Assembly (NCBI GenBank): GCA_964471525.1
Contig: CAYYGU010000003.1
Span: 7,826-39,894, forward strand
Source of the DNA: an uncultured Isosphaeraceae bacterium
Lineage (GTDB): Bacteria > Planctomycetota > Phycisphaerae > Phycisphaerales > SM1A02
Length of the DNA: 32,069 nt
Direction: 5' to 3'
Positions 27,819 to 32,069 of the stretch are shown piece after piece (within the stretch, counting starts at the first letter, position 1; the number at the start of each line of letters is the position of its first letter). The notes under the pieces were generated by a model. That model did not search any database and was not told the origin of the DNA. It saw only the letters and a program-made list of their open reading frames with translations. The translations under genes were made by a program, and so were the position numbers.

Positions 27819-28294
27819 TCTGGCCGCGGCCCCCCATGTGCTTCCGGGCGGGCATGACACTGCTGGAATTGATGATTGTGTTGTTCCTTCTCGCCGTGAT
27901 CGGCGGGCTGGTCTTGCCAGCGGCGACATCCGTTCTCGATCGGGCGGCCTTTGACTCGGATGTGCAGCGGCTTCGCGCAGCACTGGTTGAGTGCCGCGTC
28001 ATCGCCCAGCGAACCGGAACATCGCTTGAGATTGCGTTGGAGCCTGGGCAACTTGTCGCCACGCCCTGGCCCCGCGAAGAAGATGAAGCCTTCGAGCCGA
28101 TCCTGACGGTGCAGTTGATGACGACCAAGAACGCCGACGGGGAGGATCTTGCCGAGCCAATCGTCCTGGCCGTTGCCTTGCCCGACGGGACATTTGTCAG
28201 CAACGGTCCCATTGGCATGGAAGATGGATACGGGCGTTCGACCCACTTGGTGCTCGACCAGATGAGCGGCGCCGTGATCGAGACGACGCGATGA
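27815..28294 (+). CDS. Minor pseudopilin, GspH-like by position and size
   Basis: ATGA overlap with the gspG stop. Prepilin motif FRAG|MTLLELMIVLFLLAVIGGL (Glu +5). 159 aa. ATG 27836 is an alternative start. The H assignment rests on gene order only. Confidence 0.6.
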   Translation: MIWPRPPMCFRAGMTLLELMIVLFLLAVIGGLVLPAATSVLDRAAFDSDVQRLRAALVECRVIAQRTGTSLEIALEPGQLVATPWPREEDEAFEPILTVQLMTTKNADGEDLAEPIVLAVALPDGTFVSNGPIGMEDGYGRSTHLVLDQMSGAVIETTR

Positions 28295-28734
28295 TCGTTC
28301 GGCGGGGCGCGATGCTGTTGGAAGTGCTGGTGTCGCTGGCCATCGTAGTTGGCGTGTCCGCCTTCGCCCTGCAAGCGGTAGGCGATTCCGAGCAGGCCAT
28401 CGACCGTGCCGATCGCCGCCGCAGGTGCTGGGATGTGGCCGCTTCGGTCGCGTCCATGCTTGACGCTGGTCTGCTCGGGGTGGGTGATCTTCGTGGTCAG
28501 ACCATTCCCGAAATCGACGGCCTGCCTCTGGACGATGGCGCGGCGATTCCGCTCGAAATGCAGGTGGCAACCGAACGAACGCAGTGGGGTGGAATCGTGC
28601 TGCTGGCGCTGACCATCCGAGAGGCGGAGGAATCGGCCAACCCGGTTCAGGCGACGCTTCGACAACTCGTACTCTTGCGGGAGCATCGAGCCGAGGAGCT
28701 GAAGGAAGACGATCTCTTGGAGGATCTGCCGTGA
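28291..28734 (+). CDS. Minor pseudopilin, GspI-like by position and size
   Basis: ATGA overlap with the previous stop. MIVRRG|AMLLEVLVSLAIVVGV has a degenerate prepilin motif with Glu at +5. 147 aa. Confidence 0.5.
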   Translation: MIVRRGAMLLEVLVSLAIVVGVSAFALQAVGDSEQAIDRADRRRRCWDVAASVASMLDAGLLGVGDLRGQTIPEIDGLPLDDGAAIPLEMQVATERTQWGGIVLLALTIREAEESANPVQATLRQLVLLREHRAEELKEDDLLEDLP

Positions 28735-29300
28735 GTCGCCGCGCTTTCACGCTGCTGGAAGTGCTGATTGCGCTGGGCATATTGATTGCGATGCTGATTG
28801 TCATGTCACAGTTCACCTGGTCGCTCGGTCAGGGGCAGCAGCGGGCGATTGATCGCCTTGACCGGCAGGTCGCTATCGACGCCGTCATCGATCGGATGGC
28901 GATGGCCATCGACACCGGCGCCGTTTCGGTTGCGGGCGAGGCAGGATTCCAGGGTGACGAGACATCGCTGCATGTGTTCGCCGCGCAGGATCGACCAGCG
29001 AGCAGCCATGGGGCGGCGCTCGCGTCGCGTCGCCGTGTTGATATCACATTCGATCACGAGAAGCATGTCGTTCGGATCGGAGATGGCCAGCCGCTGCCGG
29101 TTGGCGATCTTCGATTCCGCTTTCATGACGGCCAACAGTGGCAGGACTCATTTGACTCACTCGAAGAAGGCGGTCTTCCAACGGCAGTCCTGTTGGAGGC
29201 ATGGCTTCAGGATGGGCTTACGGATCCATCCGAGGCCGACCTTCCCCCTGACCGACGGCGGGTACTGACGCCAGCGGGCATCTGGAGGCAGACGCCATGA
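28731..29300 (+). CDS. Minor pseudopilin, GspJ-like by position and size
   Basis: GTG 28731 forms a GTGA overlap with the previous stop. VSRRA|FTLLEVLIALGILIAMLIV is a prepilin motif with Glu +5. 189 aa. The ORF-track extension from 28584 overlaps the previous gene and is rejected. Confidence 0.55.
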   Translation: MSRRAFTLLEVLIALGILIAMLIVMSQFTWSLGQGQQRAIDRLDRQVAIDAVIDRMAMAIDTGAVSVAGEAGFQGDETSLHVFAAQDRPASSHGAALASRRRVDITFDHEKHVVRIGDGQPLPVGDLRFRFHDGQQWQDSFDSLEEGGLPTAVLLEAWLQDGLTDPSEADLPPDRRRVLTPAGIWRQTP

Positions 29301-30574
29301 GGCGGCGACGAGGCATCGTGCTCGCGGCGGTGACCGTGGTCGTGGCGGCCTCGCTTTGGACCACGGTGGCCCTTCTGGCCCGTGCAGGCGTGGAAACGGC
29401 TGGCATAGACGGAGGGTCCGAGGGCATTCAAGAGGATGCGGCGGTGCATTCGGCTGTGCTTGTCTTTGCAAGCGAGTTGTTCGGGCAGCGGGATGAACTG
29501 CGGGCTGGGCAAGACGCAACCCTCGATGATCAGATCGTGTTGTGGGACTCGGGTCAGCGGGCGACAGTTGCAAGATTGCTTCCGGTTGAAGGTGAACGCG
29601 TGCTCGTGGCTGAGGCTGGGCGGCTCGATCTGAACCTCGCAACGGCCGAGCAACTCGACCACGTTCTTGGGCAATCCGAGTCTGTCATTGCGCACCGAAC
29701 ACCGCATCGGATTGATGATGTTCGGGATGTCCTGATGCTGCTTGACCAAGGGCCGATCGAAGCAACCGGTTCCGGTGGCCTGTGCGAACGACTGACGGTA
29801 CACGCGCACGAACCAAATGTTCAGCAAAGCGGCGATCTTCGCATCAACCTCGATGTGCCATGGTCGGATGACCTCGCCGAACGCATTCGATCACGCTTTG
29901 ATGACTCGGTTGTTGAGGCACTTGAGCAGATCGCGGCCGACGACCCCATCGAGTCGGATGCGGACCTCATGCGAATCATCCTGTCCTTTGAAATTCCCCC
30001 CGAGGACTGGATCGACGCGCTCGATGCGTTTTCAATGGAGCCGGTTCGATACCGCCGCGGCCGCATCGACATCAATGCCGCTTCGGCTGAGGTACTTGCG
30101 AGCTTGCCCGGCGTGACGCCAGAATACGCGGCCGCGATCGTGCAGCGACGGGGCAACCTGGATGCTGAACTCCTGGCGACGCCCGCGTGGCCGTTCATTG
30201 AGGGCCTCATGCCGACGGATATTGCCGCCGAGGTGCTGCATCACATGACGGTTGGATCATGGACCTGGCGACTTCGCATTGCCTGCGGTGAGGTTCCGAG
30301 CGATGCCGTCGAGTCCGCCATTCAGGATGCTCGCGTTATCGATGTCATCATCGATGTCGCAGGCGAGCAGCCTCGGATCGCCATGATGCGAGACGTCACG
30401 ATGCGGCCGCAGGCATGTGCTTGGCCGGAGCGAGTTGAGAAGCCACCATCTGCGAATGAGACTGCCGAAGCGTCGCCAGTTGCAACGGTGGATGCCGAAT
30501 CCGAAACCGTTTCGGAGACAGATGTCGAAGAATCACCCGAGCCGGATCAGCGTCTGGGCCGATGGCGGCCCTGA
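29297..30574 (+). CDS. gspK: GspK-like pseudopilus tip protein
   Basis: ATGA overlap with the previous stop. The N-terminus MRRRRGIVLAAVTVVVAASLW is a TM helix without Glu +5, as in GspK. There are two helix-hairpin-helix-type motifs, RLDLNLATAEQLDHVLG and RIDINAASAEVLASLPGVTPEYAAAIVQRRG. 425 aa. Confidence 0.65.
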   Translation: MRRRRGIVLAAVTVVVAASLWTTVALLARAGVETAGIDGGSEGIQEDAAVHSAVLVFASELFGQRDELRAGQDATLDDQIVLWDSGQRATVARLLPVEGERVLVAEAGRLDLNLATAEQLDHVLGQSESVIAHRTPHRIDDVRDVLMLLDQGPIEATGSGGLCERLTVHAHEPNVQQSGDLRINLDVPWSDDLAERIRSRFDDSVVEALEQIAADDPIESDADLMRIILSFEIPPEDWIDALDAFSMEPVRYRRGRIDINAASAEVLASLPGVTPEYAAAIVQRRGNLDAELLATPAWPFIEGLMPTDIAAEVLHHMTVGSWTWRLRIACGEVPSDAVESAIQDARVIDVIIDVAGEQPRIAMMRDVTMRPQACAWPERVEKPPSANETAEASPVATVDAESETVSETDVEESPEPDQRLGRWRP

Positions 30575-30595
30575 ACAGAGTAGGATCAGTTCACG

Positions 30596-32065
30596 ATGAG
30601 CCGCTTCCGCATTGCAATTGAACTGGGGTCACGCCATCTGCGTGGGGTTGCCGTCACGTTCACAGGAAGCGGCTTGCGGATTGACGCATCGACGGTGACG
30701 GTGCGTCCCGAGATGGAATCAGAACTGGTTGCGAATTGGATTCGGGCTGTGCTGGATGCCAGTGGTATTCCAACCGGCAAGTGTCTGCTTGCCGTGTCCC
30801 GCGATGATGTCGTGATCAAGCGGCTTCTCCTCGAGACGCCCTCCAAGGGTGAACTCCCCGCGATGGTCGATCTTGCGATGCGTGATGAGTTGCATCTTGA
30901 AGGCGGCGCGGCTGTCATCGACTTCTTGCCAGACGCTGATCCGACTGCGGATTCCAACCTGCTTGCGGCGGCGTTGCCCGAATCGTCCCTCGACCGCGGA
31001 CGCAATCGCATGGCGGCAGTCAAGCGGGGTGTGGGGCGGATGTCGCTGCGGTTTCTCGGCGCGGCGAGCGTAACGGCCGATCCACATGGAGGATGCGTCG
31101 TATGCGTCGATGTCAGCGGGGACGGCGTTGAGTTCACGCTCTTGGAGGGAAGAGATGTCCGCATCGCTCGCGCCGCTGCGTTGCCGGCAGGAACAACCGA
31201 GGAAGTTGCCGAAGCGGCTATTCGAGAAGCGCGCCGAACGTGGATGAGTTGGCAAGCCGAAGCCGCCGCCGCGGCGATCGATCATGTCATTCTCATCGGC
31301 GATGATGGCATTACCGTGCCGATGCAGGAAGCGATGGGGGAGATCACGACATCGCCGGTATCGGTGCTTTCTCGGCACCCACGCATTGATCCAAACGGGC
31401 ACGATGCGAGTCGGCTCTGGTCGCTTCTCGGATTGCTGCTGGCCGACCATTTGGGGAAGCCTCTGATCGACTTCAGTTCACCGAGAAAGCCGACGCACCG
31501 ATTCGAGCGGCAGCGACAACTCGGTTTAGCAGCAGCGGGTGTGCTTCTGGTGCTCTTTGGTGTCATTTGGACATGGGGCAACAGCCGCGTCCAGTCCATG
31601 CAGGGGCAATTGGACGCGATCACCGCGGAGCGGGCCAAACTCGAGCCGAAGTGGCTGCGGTATCACCGCGATCGGTACCGGCTGGCCCATCTGGACATCT
31701 GGACTTCGGTGCAGCCGGACTGGGTCGATCATCTTGCCGTCGCGGTTGATCGATTGCAGCCGAGCGGTGCCTTGGTACTCGATGAGGTTTCGGCGGCCTT
31801 GGACTACAGGGGCGTCGATGCGCCGAAGAAGAGTGGCATCGGTGAGTGGACCCCCCAGGCCACCGCGAGGCTCGTCCTTGAGGCCGAAGCAGAGAGCCGG
31901 GAAGTTGGCGAGGCCTTTCGACAACACTGGGTCCAGGACGATGCCTGGAATGTCGCGACGACCGGCGCCGACACCGAGGACGGCAAGCGGCTTCCGTTCG
32001 GCGTGACCATCCGATTGCATTCGCCCGATGAAAGCGAAGCGGCAGAACCGGCGGCTACGCCGTGA
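30596..32065 (+). CDS. GspL/PilM-PilN-fusion-like assembly protein (cytoplasmic actin-like domain, one TM helix, periplasmic domain)
   Basis: The N-terminus RIAIELGSRHLRGVAV...CLLAVSRDDVVIKRL resembles the PilM/GspL cytoplasmic domain. There is a single TM helix LGLAAAGVLLVLFGVIWTWG, then a coiled segment (VQSMQGQLDAITAERAKLEPKW) and an alpha/beta periplasmic region. The position after gspK matches gspL. Confidence 0.6.
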   Translation: MSRFRIAIELGSRHLRGVAVTFTGSGLRIDASTVTVRPEMESELVANWIRAVLDASGIPTGKCLLAVSRDDVVIKRLLLETPSKGELPAMVDLAMRDELHLEGGAAVIDFLPDADPTADSNLLAAALPESSLDRGRNRMAAVKRGVGRMSLRFLGAASVTADPHGGCVVCVDVSGDGVEFTLLEGRDVRIARAAALPAGTTEEVAEAAIREARRTWMSWQAEAAAAAIDHVILIGDDGITVPMQEAMGEITTSPVSVLSRHPRIDPNGHDASRLWSLLGLLLADHLGKPLIDFSSPRKPTHRFERQRQLGLAAAGVLLVLFGVIWTWGNSRVQSMQGQLDAITAERAKLEPKWLRYHRDRYRLAHLDIWTSVQPDWVDHLAVAVDRLQPSGALVLDEVSAALDYRGVDAPKKSGIGEWTPQATARLVLEAEAESREVGEAFRQHWVQDDAWNVATTGADTEDGKRLPFGVTIRLHSPDESEAAEPAATP

Positions 32066-32069
32066 ATCC

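Noticed and set aside
26271-28816. Minus-strand ORFs 26271..27311, 26582..27529, 27677..28816 and 27787..28686
   Set aside because: They are antisense to gspF and the pseudopilin genes. The translations are Arg/Pro/Ser-rich. The plus-strand genes carry diagnostic prepilin and GspF motifs and coupled start-stop overlaps.

Overview
This is a high-GC (roughly 60-65% by eye), gene-dense chromosomal window that is mostly housekeeping. The protein signatures suggest a Planctomycetota/Phycisphaerae-like genome, but that is inference only. They are a GGM-tailed plus a tail-less GroEL paralog, a CxxC...CPECG zinc-ribbon membrane protein, a beta-helix protein with dockerin-like EF-hand loops, and prepilin-type pseudopilins.

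Gene order:
- alaS on the minus strand. It is truncated by the left edge and absent from the supplied ORF track; I recovered it by hand translation.
- A tight tpiA-secG-yicC-kinase operon.
- Two minus-strand hypothetical genes.
- leuS and folC on the minus strand, then hpt.
- An orphan moxR, divergent from a zinc-ribbon membrane protein.
- A chaperone super-cluster: groEL1-groES-groEL2-dnaJ-grpE-FmdB-like zinc ribbon.
- A secreted beta-helix repeat protein, then rnr and acs.
- A translationally coupled gspF-G-H-I-J-K-L-like pseudopilus operon that runs to the right edge.

I saw no rRNA, tRNA, CRISPR array, transposase, integrase, phage gene or recognisable defence or toxin module. Most long ORFs on the opposite strand of these genes are high-GC antisense shadows.

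Nothing here is a clear-cut novel system. The best candidates for a second look are:
- The T2SS-like operon fused onto acs, with no ATPase or secretin in view and Ala at the -1 prepilin position.
- The non-canonical chaperone cluster with a co-operonic Lys-rich zinc-ribbon protein and no CIRCE or HAIR operator.
- The orphan MoxR paired with a zinc-ribbon membrane protein.

All family assignments come from motif recognition by eye. No database search or computation was run.
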